A DNA stretch of 63,960 nucleotides, filler included, from an uncultured bacterium (GTDB lineage: Bacteria > Latescibacterota > UBA2968), in assembly GCA_964471275.1 (NCBI GenBank). It is 3 parts of 3 records of this genome, joined end to end, with 100 filler letters (N's around TTAATTAATTAA, not from the genome) between each part and the next. Parts side by side here need not be neighbours in the genome. Positions count along the whole stretch, not along the records: positions 26,052 to 51,936 come from CAYYGZ010000036.1; 2 more parts are not named here. One strand, 5' to 3'. This document shows, in pieces, positions 39,358 through 47,983 of the stretch. Position 1 is the first letter of the stretch. Each line of letters begins with the position of its first letter. The position numbers and the translations under genes are program-made. The notes beneath the pieces were generated by a model. The model saw only the letters and a program-made list of their open reading frames with translations, was not told the origin of the DNA and did not search any database.

Positions 39358-40902
39358 ATGGCACAGACCGGTCTCAGCCTTTTTCTCGATAACCTCAGAA
39401 GCCTGCCCGCGAATCTCCGCGGTTCGGTGGCTCGTGCGGGGAGCCGCGCTTCGGACCGCGGCCGTTCGCTCGCCGTGTTTTCGAACGTCTTTCTGCATAT
39501 GCACGCGACGCGCGTGCAGGAGCGCACACTCCGGTTTACCACGACGATGGCGATGGGTCTGACGGCACTCTCCCTGTTTCTCATTCTGATCGTGACGGGT
39601 GTGCTGCTGATGGTCTACTACAAACCATCCGTCGGGCTTGCCTACAGCAGTATCAAGGACATCCACTATGTTGTGCCGACGGGCAGGTTTATTCGGAATA
39701 TCCACAGGTGGGCGGCGCACCTGATGGTCGCCTGCGTAATCGTGCACATGGCGCGTGTCTTCTACACAGCCAGCTACAAGGCACCCCGGGAATTTAACTG
39801 GGTCGTCGGCATGGGGCTGCTGATCCTGACGCTTGCCCTGTCATTCACCGGATACCTCCTGCCCTGGGACCAGCTGGCTTACTGGGCGATCACGATTGGT
39901 GCGAACATCGCGGCTTCACCGAGTGAGTTGACGGATGCGCTTGGGATCACTGCGCTCTTCGATCCAGGGGGATTGCAGAAGGAGCTTCTCCTGGGTGCGA
40001 GTGAGGTCGGTCAGGAGGCGCTGACGCGCTTCTATCTGCTGCACGTAATGGTCCTGCCGATCGCGATGCTCCTGCTGCTGTGTATTCATTTCTGGCGTAT
40101 TCGGAAGGATGGCGGGTTGGGGCGACCGGGTGCCAAACCGACCGCTGCGGGTAAAGGGATGTCGACACCGCCGTCGGAGTCTGCCCCGGAGGATGCGCCG
40201 ACGAAGACCTACGGTCTGATGGCCGTGGTCAGAGATCGTAAGGAAGCGACAAACCAGGATCCTGCAAACACGTTGCCGAGTTGGCCGCACCTGATGCGAG
40301 CTGAACTCGTCATCTTCATGGCAACCATGCTCGTCTGCGTCGTTCTGGGGGTGTTGTTTGATGCACCGCTAAAAGAGCTGGCGAATCCGGGCATTCCGGA
40401 GAATCCAGCCAAGGCGCCCTGGTATTTCCTGGGTCTCCAGGAAATGGTCTCCTATTCGGCATTTGCCGGGGGACTGCTGATCCCGGTGATTATCGTGCTG
40501 GGTCTCGCGCTGATCCCGTATCTGGATCGTGAGGTCGAAGATGCGGGTGTTTACTGCAGTGGACCGGAAGGCAAACGTGTCGCGATCCAGAGTCTGGGAT
40601 TCGGTCTTCTGATGGCCGTTCTCTCAGTGGCCGTGCCCGTCAACTACGGATGGCTCCGCGCCTGGTTCCCTGATATATCTCAGCTGGTCATCATATTTGT
40701 TAACCCGGGTACGCTGCTGACACTGATTTACGCTCTCTGGGCACTCCGTGTTCTGCAGAGTACAGGATCGACACGGATGTCGGCGATCGCGCTGTTTACG
40801 TGTTTCCTCATTGGCTTCATCGTCTTGACGTATGTCGCCACGTTCCTGCGCGGCCCGAACTGGGGATTCTACTGGTCACACCACGACTGGCCGGTTCATT
40901 AG
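39358..40902 (+). CDS. Cytochrome b6-like subunit fused to subunit IV
   Basis: IHRWAAH....HMARV, FTGYLLPWDQLAYWA, RFYLLH...IH, NPAKAPWYF. Confidence 0.95.
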   Translation: MAQTGLSLFLDNLRSLPANLRGSVARAGSRASDRGRSLAVFSNVFLHMHATRVQERTLRFTTTMAMGLTALSLFLILIVTGVLLMVYYKPSVGLAYSSIKDIHYVVPTGRFIRNIHRWAAHLMVACVIVHMARVFYTASYKAPREFNWVVGMGLLILTLALSFTGYLLPWDQLAYWAITIGANIAASPSELTDALGITALFDPGGLQKELLLGASEVGQEALTRFYLLHVMVLPIAMLLLLCIHFWRIRKDGGLGRPGAKPTAAGKGMSTPPSESAPEDAPTKTYGLMAVVRDRKEATNQDPANTLPSWPHLMRAELVIFMATMLVCVVLGVLFDAPLKELANPGIPENPAKAPWYFLGLQEMVSYSAFAGGLLIPVIIVLGLALIPYLDREVEDAGVYCSGPEGKRVAIQSLGFGLLMAVLSVAVPVNYGWLRAWFPDISQLVIIFVNPGTLLTLIYALWALRVLQSTGSTRMSAIALFTCFLIGFIVLTYVATFLRGPNWGFYWSHHDWPVH

Positions 40903-40996
40903 CCCCTCCCCCGAAGGTCCCGAGCAAGAGGCAGAGATGCAGGGGAGAGGAGAGCGTCAACACCTTTACGGCTGAATGGTAATGCTGAAGGCACCT

Positions 40997-43660
40997 ATGG
41001 CTGATGAGAGATACGATATCGAGAGCAATGAACGCAGGACGAAGTGGTGGCTGCTTGTTGTCAGCGTACTGACGCTGATGGTTCTGGCCTCCGCCGCGTT
41101 GCGAGAGAACGTGCTGGCAGACTGGCGGAGCTACCAGATGCGGTATGCCGAACTGCTCGGCGAGGTGGCGACGGATGACCGTGGGCGTGAACTCTCGGAC
41201 CGGTTCGGCATCCACCTGCGGCAGAATGTGCTTCCGGATCTGGGGCGGACTGACCGGTGCGTGACGTGCCATACTGGACTGGATGATCCCCGCATGGCGG
41301 ATCAGGAGCAGCCCTTCCGAACACACCCGGGGAACTATCTGGCGATCCACGATCCATCCAAGTTTGGTTGTACCGTGTGCCACCAGGGACAGGGCCTGGC
41401 GACAGAAGTAGCCGATGCCCACGGATGGGTAGACTTCTGGGACTACCCGATGCTGAAAGCGGATCATGCGCGGACTACGTGCGCGCGCTGCCACGAGGCG
41501 GAGCAGCTGGGCGGCCCGGAGGGTCTGTGGGTCAGCGCAGACGGTGGCTCAACGGATGGCGCAGAGCTAATCATGCGTGGGCGGAGACTGGCAGAGGCAA
41601 AAGGTTGCTTCGGCTGTCACGTGGTCGATGGTCGTGGCGGATCGCTGGGTCCGGATATCACGACAGTTGGCGATCGAACACGGCACGAGTTCGATTTTTC
41701 CCATTTCCCGAAGGATGCGCCTCGAGAAGTCGAATACTGGCTCCGTCAGCATTTCCTCGAGCCGGCAGAAATCAGCCCCGGTACGATGATGCCCGATCTG
41801 AATTTGGCGGACTCTGACGCAGACGCGCTGACGGCCTACATGCTGTCGCTTCGGCAGAAAGTTGAAACCGCCGGGTATCATCACGATGTGTCTCGTGTGG
41901 TGGAGGATTCACGCGATCTGTCGGGAGCTGAATTGTATGCGATGAACTGTGCGTCCTGTCACGGTGGTGATGGCCGGGAAAGCAGCGTGCCGGGCATCCG
42001 GTCCCCCGCGCTCAACAACGAAGATGCGCTGGCGGTCGCGGGGAACGATTACTATCGCGCGATTATCCGGACCGGACGTAGTGGAAGTGCGATGCCCGCC
42101 TGGGGGCCCAGAGGTGGTAACCTGAGTCCCGCCGAGATCGATCGCCTGATCGGGCACATTCGCTCCTGGGAGCCCGAGGGGCCCGACCCGCTTGACGTGA
42201 ATGCGTCCACGGGTGATGCGCGTGTCGGTGCCTCGCTCTACAAGGGTCTGTGCGGGAACTGTCACGGTCGTGAAGGAGAGGGCGGAATTGGTAACCGGCT
42301 CAACTCGATCTCCTTCCTCTCTATCGCCGACGATGGATTCCTGGCTGACGCGATCATCAACGGTCGACCCGGAACCGCGATGGCATCGTGGAAGCATCTG
42401 TCACGCCAGGAGGTCAGCGACGTGCTCGCCTACGTCCGGTCGTGGCAAAGGAAGGCACCCACTTACGCGGCCGTAAGGAAGGCGACTCGGGCGTTACCGA
42501 AGAAGCGTCTTCAGTTGATCGGCCGGGCACTCTACAAGGGCAACTGCGCAGTCTGTCACGGTGTTCAGGGAGAGGGCGAGATAGGCACGCGTCTGGCGAC
42601 GGACGATTTGCTGCGTGTCGTCGACGATCGGTATCTGTTCGACTCGATCGTAGAGGGACGACCCACGACTGCGATGCCCGCCTGGCATCATCTGTCAGCA
42701 GACCAGGTGGCGGCTCTGATTGCCCACATCCGCGCCTGGCAGAACGGGAACCGTCTTGCACTCGAGAAAGCCCCCGTGATCGGAGATTACTCTCTTGGCC
42801 GCGTCCACTATGAAACGAGCTGCCAGGGCTGTCACGGTCTACGGGGTGAAGGGGGCAGTGGACCTCAACTCGCCAATCGCGCCTTCCTAAGGGCAGCGGA
42901 CAACGACCTGCTCTACTACTGGATTGCGCGCGGTCGTCACGGATCCGCGATGAAGGGATTCCTCCCTGAAGAACACGGCCCGACGACGCTGAAGCCTGGC
43001 CAGATCGCTGATGTGATCGCATACATCCGTCATCTGTCGACATCCGGAGACCGTCGCGTTGTGCAGACGGGGGCTGGTGACGCGGCCGTCGGTGGACAGC
43101 TGTATGCGGGCAGTTGCGCGGGCTGTCACGGACCCGACGGTGAGGGTGCGTCCGGACCCCAGCTCAACAACCCGAACTTCCTCGCTGCCGTGTCGGACGG
43201 CTTCCTCGCGGCAACGCTTGCGATGGGTCGGACAGAAACGCCGATGCGTGCGATGCTTCACGGCGCAGAGGGCATCGGGCAGATCCCGCCGAAGAACGTG
43301 ATGGATGTGGTGGCGTTCATACGGCTTTGGGAGGGTGACACGGACAGGAAATCGAGACCGATTGCCGAGGTCTCACCCATTGCGGTGTCCTCGGGCGAGG
43401 AGATGTATCAGCAGTTCTGCGCGGGCTGTCACGGAACCGAAGGCGGTGGAAAACGTGACGGCGAAGGCTTTTTTGCCCCGGCTCTGAACAATCAGGAGTT
43501 TCTGAGTGCCGCGTCGGACGGGTATCTTCTGGCGACAATCGCTAGGGGCAGAAGCCAAACACCGATGCGTCCGTTCGGAGAGGGAGCGGGAGGGATCGCT
43601 TCGCTCAAATCCGAAGAGATCAACACGATTGTCGCGTATCTGAGATCCTGGCAGAACTAG
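40997..43660 (+). CDS. Membrane-anchored multidomain cytochrome c with 10 CxxCH motifs
   Basis: CVTCH, CTVCH, CARCH, CFGCH, CASCH, CGNCH, CAVCH, CQGCH, CAGCH, CAGCH; N-terminal TM helix. Confidence 0.92.
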   Translation: MADERYDIESNERRTKWWLLVVSVLTLMVLASAALRENVLADWRSYQMRYAELLGEVATDDRGRELSDRFGIHLRQNVLPDLGRTDRCVTCHTGLDDPRMADQEQPFRTHPGNYLAIHDPSKFGCTVCHQGQGLATEVADAHGWVDFWDYPMLKADHARTTCARCHEAEQLGGPEGLWVSADGGSTDGAELIMRGRRLAEAKGCFGCHVVDGRGGSLGPDITTVGDRTRHEFDFSHFPKDAPREVEYWLRQHFLEPAEISPGTMMPDLNLADSDADALTAYMLSLRQKVETAGYHHDVSRVVEDSRDLSGAELYAMNCASCHGGDGRESSVPGIRSPALNNEDALAVAGNDYYRAIIRTGRSGSAMPAWGPRGGNLSPAEIDRLIGHIRSWEPEGPDPLDVNASTGDARVGASLYKGLCGNCHGREGEGGIGNRLNSISFLSIADDGFLADAIINGRPGTAMASWKHLSRQEVSDVLAYVRSWQRKAPTYAAVRKATRALPKKRLQLIGRALYKGNCAVCHGVQGEGEIGTRLATDDLLRVVDDRYLFDSIVEGRPTTAMPAWHHLSADQVAALIAHIRAWQNGNRLALEKAPVIGDYSLGRVHYETSCQGCHGLRGEGGSGPQLANRAFLRAADNDLLYYWIARGRHGSAMKGFLPEEHGPTTLKPGQIADVIAYIRHLSTSGDRRVVQTGAGDAAVGGQLYAGSCAGCHGPDGEGASGPQLNNPNFLAAVSDGFLAATLAMGRTETPMRAMLHGAEGIGQIPPKNVMDVVAFIRLWEGDTDRKSRPIAEVSPIAVSSGEEMYQQFCAGCHGTEGGGKRDGEGFFAPALNNQEFLSAASDGYLLATIARGRSQTPMRPFGEGAGGIASLKSEEINTIVAYLRSWQN

Positions 43661-43850
43661 AGGCCATACCTGGCTTCTTGCGTAGAGATGTCACAGGAGT
43701 AGTCCGAGCAGTTTCGTCTAAGAGTGCTGATTATCAATCGTTTGCAGGGCGTGCTTAACGCTCGAAACGCGAGGCTCGTGGGCCATGGAAGAGGGCGGGA
43801 ACGCCCCTTCACCCACGCGCCACTAAACGGTGACCGGAGGAGCAAAGGCC

Positions 43851-46571
43851 ATGGCCAAAAAACCGATGCCGATTATGGATCGGCGGGATTTCCTGAAGTG
43901 GTCCGGAGGGGTAGCGGCGGCTGCGGCTACATTCCCGATGATGCCGGGCGAGTTTGTCCACGCCTCGTCGCTTCCCGAGCCGCCGGCCGGCCGGCGAACG
44001 CTTCAGGCAGCGTGCCCTTACTGCGGCGTGGGGTGCGGGACGCTCATTTCGGTCGAAGGCGATCGAATCGTCGGTATGGTACCCGATCGACAGCATCCGA
44101 CGAACGCGGGCGTTCAGTGTATCAAGGGACTCAACGCGCACGAACCGGTGTATCGTGACCGGCTCGAACACGTGCTCGTACGGAAGGACATGTCCGACCC
44201 GGAAACCGGTCACGTGTCTGCGACGAAGGGGCGTTTCGACGATGATGTTTTTGTCGAAATGTCCTACGACGAGGCTGAAGAGCTGGTCGCAGAGAAGATG
44301 GCCAGCCTGGCGAACAAGTATGGTGGGAACAGTGTAGGTTTGAGCGGGTCCGGTCAGCTCACGATGGAGGCGCAGTGGATCGAGAACCTCCTGATGAAGG
44401 GCATTCTGGGTTCGAATTCGATCGAGGCGAATGCGCGGATGTGCATGACCTCGGCCGTTACGGGTTACTTCGCGTCCTACGGCTCCGATGCGCCTCCGAC
44501 GAGCTATGAGGACATCGATGACGCGGATTTCATTTCCTTCTGGGGACACAACGCTCGTGAGGCCCATCCCGTGTTGTTCTGGCGCGTGGCCGATCACAAG
44601 AAGCGTGCGGATATTCCGACGCTTGTGAGTGACCCACGACGGACGGGAACCGTGCAGGGCCTCGAGAATATCAACCCTCGTAATTCGTTCCATTTTGCGA
44701 CGCTGAACGGTGACATCTCTTATCTCAACGCCATCGCCTACGTCATCCTGACCAAGTATCCGAGGGCCGTGATGTCCGATGCGTGGTTGGACAAGAACAC
44801 GAATGGTTGGCGTGAGTATGTGAAGGGCGTGAAGGCGCGCTACTCACCACAGCAGGTGATCAGCCGGAACAAGATGCTTGATCGCGAACGTGTAACGGTC
44901 GCGGAGATCGAGGAAGTCGCAAGGCTGTGGGCCGAGGCATCGATCCGGGGTCGTGAACGCGGTAAGGGCGGGGTGCTGACCTATTGGGGCATCGGCTACA
45001 ATCAGATGCTACACGGTCAGCACAACACGATTTCAATCATCAATCTCCATCTGTTGACCGGTAACGTCGGACGTCCGGGATGCGGCACACATTCGCAGAC
45101 TGGCCAGCCAAACGCCATGAGCGAACGCCTGATGGGCGGCCTCACGGGGCGTCTGCCGTTCAATCAGTCATTGAAGAACGTGGAGTGGAGAGACTGGATC
45201 GCCGATCGCTGGGGCGTTCCCCGGGAGCGGCTCGAGCAGACATCGCTGTTGAAGAACCCCATGGCCCTCGGGATGCTAGAGCGTGCCCTCGAGGGCGATC
45301 TCAAGGCGATGTTCTGGATGTATACGACCCACATCCATTTGCCTGATGTCGAACAGTTGGTGCGACCCGCGTTGACCAAGATGTTCTGCGTCGTCCAGGA
45401 TATCTACCGTCACGCTCCGAACAATCTCTATGCCGATGTGGTCTTTCCGGCGATTACGTGGGGTGAATGGTCTGGAGGCACTTACATCCAGTCGGAACGG
45501 CGCGTGTATGTATGCGACGGCGTCAACGTCGGGCGGAACGAGAAGGGCGAGGTGCTTACGGATGCACGCCCGGACATGGATCTGGCGATTGACAAGTGCA
45601 AATCGATCGCGGTAAAGCTGGGTCTGGACGCCGACAAGATCATCCCCTACAAGAAGACGATCAAGAATGCCTACGGTCAGTCGTTCTACGATCCGGAGGA
45701 TGTCTTCACCGATATCGTCACAGCTTCCAAGGGGTCGGACGCCGATCTGACTGGCATGCTCGAGGTGAAGGAACGAGATGGAACCGGGCTGTATGACCAA
45801 CTGCGTCAGCTTCGCGGCATCCAGTGGCCCGCTCCCGATTACGAGACAGCGAAAGCAGGGGGGACACCGCGACGTTACATGCATCAGGAAGGTTGGGAGA
45901 ATTCACCCTACGAAAATTTTCGTCATAAAGATGGGAAGGCGAAATTCAAGCTGTGCGAACAGGACTACGGCCCCAACGGCAAGTATATCAAGGAAGTCAC
46001 TAAGGAGTTCAGGAAGTATGGTGAACGAAAGGGTGAGGGCCCGTTCCTGTATCACAATCAGGATCTCCTGAAACGTGCCCGCGATCTGGCGTTAACGCCA
46101 GAGCTTCCGGATCTTGAATACTACGAGAACGCGAGCAAATCACTGAGTGATGCAAAACGTGACAACAAGTTCCCGTTCTGGCTTGGTCTCGGCATCGTCT
46201 ACGAGCACTTCCACAGCGCAAAGACGATTCAGGGCCCGACGACGATGAAGCTGGTACCCGAACAGTATGTCGAGATCAACGAGGAGGACGCAAAGCGGTA
46301 TAGTCTCGAAGACGGCGAGCGTGTTCGTCTTGTGTCACGGCGAGGCAGTTATGAGGCCCGCATCTCGATTGGGACGACGTCGATCGTGCGACCGGCACGC
46401 AACGAAGTTCCTGAGGGTTATCTGTTCAGCCCTTGGAACCTGTCGATAGCGGACAGCTCGGATCCAAAGAAGAACCGGTGGCTGGTCAACGCCGTGGCCC
46501 ATCGCGCTTGGGATCCTGTGTCGGGTCAGGCAGATTACAAGAAGCTCGCGGTGCGTATCGAGCGAATCTAG
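43851..46571 (+). CDS. Tat-exported Mo-bisPGD oxidoreductase of the Nap/Nas nitrate reductase family (divergent)
   Basis: DRRDFLK Tat motif; CPYCGVGC...CIKG [4Fe-4S]; GSGQ; NARMCMTSAV (Cys Mo ligand); TGQPNAM; DPVSGQADYK. Confidence 0.9.
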   Translation: MAKKPMPIMDRRDFLKWSGGVAAAAATFPMMPGEFVHASSLPEPPAGRRTLQAACPYCGVGCGTLISVEGDRIVGMVPDRQHPTNAGVQCIKGLNAHEPVYRDRLEHVLVRKDMSDPETGHVSATKGRFDDDVFVEMSYDEAEELVAEKMASLANKYGGNSVGLSGSGQLTMEAQWIENLLMKGILGSNSIEANARMCMTSAVTGYFASYGSDAPPTSYEDIDDADFISFWGHNAREAHPVLFWRVADHKKRADIPTLVSDPRRTGTVQGLENINPRNSFHFATLNGDISYLNAIAYVILTKYPRAVMSDAWLDKNTNGWREYVKGVKARYSPQQVISRNKMLDRERVTVAEIEEVARLWAEASIRGRERGKGGVLTYWGIGYNQMLHGQHNTISIINLHLLTGNVGRPGCGTHSQTGQPNAMSERLMGGLTGRLPFNQSLKNVEWRDWIADRWGVPRERLEQTSLLKNPMALGMLERALEGDLKAMFWMYTTHIHLPDVEQLVRPALTKMFCVVQDIYRHAPNNLYADVVFPAITWGEWSGGTYIQSERRVYVCDGVNVGRNEKGEVLTDARPDMDLAIDKCKSIAVKLGLDADKIIPYKKTIKNAYGQSFYDPEDVFTDIVTASKGSDADLTGMLEVKERDGTGLYDQLRQLRGIQWPAPDYETAKAGGTPRRYMHQEGWENSPYENFRHKDGKAKFKLCEQDYGPNGKYIKEVTKEFRKYGERKGEGPFLYHNQDLLKRARDLALTPELPDLEYYENASKSLSDAKRDNKFPFWLGLGIVYEHFHSAKTIQGPTTMKLVPEQYVEINEEDAKRYSLEDGERVRLVSRRGSYEARISIGTTSIVRPARNEVPEGYLFSPWNLSIADSSDPKKNRWLVNAVAHRAWDPVSGQADYKKLAVRIERI

Positions 46572-46708
46572 AGAGCACCCAGGGTGAGGAACCGCGGAGG
46601 ACGCCGAGGAAGCTCGGATGCCGATTTCGGAACAGGATCCGTTCCAGATTGTCGGGCTCACGCTGCCACCGTGTCTCTTTCTCTATTGATCTCCCCGACT
46701 GAGCAAAA

Positions 46709-47359
46709 ATGGATGAGAAGCTGAACAGACGAGCATTCATCGAGCGGATTGCGGGCGGGGCGGTGACTACGGTCGCTGTCGCCGTTGCGGCGGCAAGTAT
46801 TGGGAAAGGTACAGCGGGGGCGTCAGTTCCCGTTTTGCGTCCCCCGGGCGCCCTCGACGAGGACGACTTTCTCGCCAAGTGCATTCGCTGCGGACGATGT
46901 GCCGACGCGTGTCCGAATCGATGCATCACCGCGTTCAGTGAGGCATCGGGCAAACCCCACAGCCTGAAGCCGGGGCCTGGTCAACGGAATACCCCAGTAA
47001 TCTTCCCCAGACAACAGGCTTGTATCCTGTGCAACGGTTCACCCGGTGACGAACTGCTCTGCACGAGTACGTGTCCGACGGGTGCGCTCGAGGTGACGAA
47101 GAAGGATCCCGACAGCGTGCAGGCGGAAGTCGACATGGGAACGGCTGAGGTCGACACCACGCTCTGCTATTCCTATAACGGGGCGTCGTGCGGCGCCTGC
47201 GTTCGAGCCTGTCCGTTCGAGGGGAAAGCCCTCAAGGCAGGTTTGTGGGAGAAGCCGATTCTGGATGCCGCCTACTGCATCGGCTGCGGTCTGTGTGAAC
47301 GGGCCTGCGTGCACTATCCACAAGCGATATACGTGATACCAAAGGGAGCAGTGGAGTGA
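46709..47359 (+). CDS. NapG/MauM-family polyferredoxin
   Basis: NRRAFI Tat motif; LRPPGA..E..FL.KCIRCGRCADACP; four Cys clusters. Confidence 0.85.
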   Translation: MDEKLNRRAFIERIAGGAVTTVAVAVAAASIGKGTAGASVPVLRPPGALDEDDFLAKCIRCGRCADACPNRCITAFSEASGKPHSLKPGPGQRNTPVIFPRQQACILCNGSPGDELLCTSTCPTGALEVTKKDPDSVQAEVDMGTAEVDTTLCYSYNGASCGACVRACPFEGKALKAGLWEKPILDAAYCIGCGLCERACVHYPQAIYVIPKGAVE

Positions 47360-47976
47360 TGGGTAAGGGTAGGGAGGGGCGCCGGGATTTTATCAGACGG
47401 GCGGGGTCCGCTGTCGGGGGGGCGACGCTCACGTGGTCTGCGGTCGGTGGATACCTGGCCCTCCGTGGCGATCGAAGTGCACCGACCGGGTTTCGCGGCA
47501 GGCTGGGACTCGTCAGACCCCCAGGGGCAGGTGAAGAGCACGCGTTCCTGTCGAAATGCATTCGATGCACGCGCTGCTCTGATGCGTGTGAGGCGCAATG
47601 TATACGGCTCTTCGGGCCTGAGGCAGGGGCGCTGCAGGGGACACCCTATATCGTCCCTGAAGCAAGCGCGTGTACGCTTTGCCTGGAGTGTGGCGAAGCG
47701 TGTCCAACCGATGCTCTGCTGCCGATCGAGGACAAGGCCGATGTTCGTATGGGAGTCGCTGTTGTGGACGAGCGACTCTGCGTCAGCCACAATGGAACCG
47801 GCGTCTGTGGCGCCTGCCATACAGCGTGTCCGCTCAAGAATCTGGCGATCACACAGGACTTCAGGAATCAGCCGACGGTGACAGACAAATGCGTTGGCTG
47901 CGGGTTGTGCGAAGATGCCTGTATCGTGAAGGACCGGAAGGCGATCCAGGTGTTTACAGATCGTGTGAAGGATTAG
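47359..47976 (+). CDS. Second NapG/MauM-family polyferredoxin
   Basis: GRRDFI Tat motif; VRPPGA..E..FL.KCIRC; GTPYI, MGVAVVDERLC, CVGCGLCEDAC. Confidence 0.85.
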   Translation: MGKGREGRRDFIRRAGSAVGGATLTWSAVGGYLALRGDRSAPTGFRGRLGLVRPPGAGEEHAFLSKCIRCTRCSDACEAQCIRLFGPEAGALQGTPYIVPEASACTLCLECGEACPTDALLPIEDKADVRMGVAVVDERLCVSHNGTGVCGACHTACPLKNLAITQDFRNQPTVTDKCVGCGLCEDACIVKDRKAIQVFTDRVKD

Positions 47977-47983
47977 GCGCCAG

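Noticed and set aside
40997..43660. MtrA/DmsE-type decaheme for extracellular electron transfer
   Set aside because: Heme spacing of about 100 aa with Met ligands indicates class I domains, and no MtrB-like porin is adjacent.
38875..46571. Arsenite oxidase (AioAB) or iodate reductase (IdrAB), given a Rieske gene near a molybdoenzyme
   Set aside because: The molybdoenzyme has its own Tat signal, a four-Cys [4Fe-4S] motif and a Cys Mo ligand, and the Rieske gene is paired with cytochrome b.
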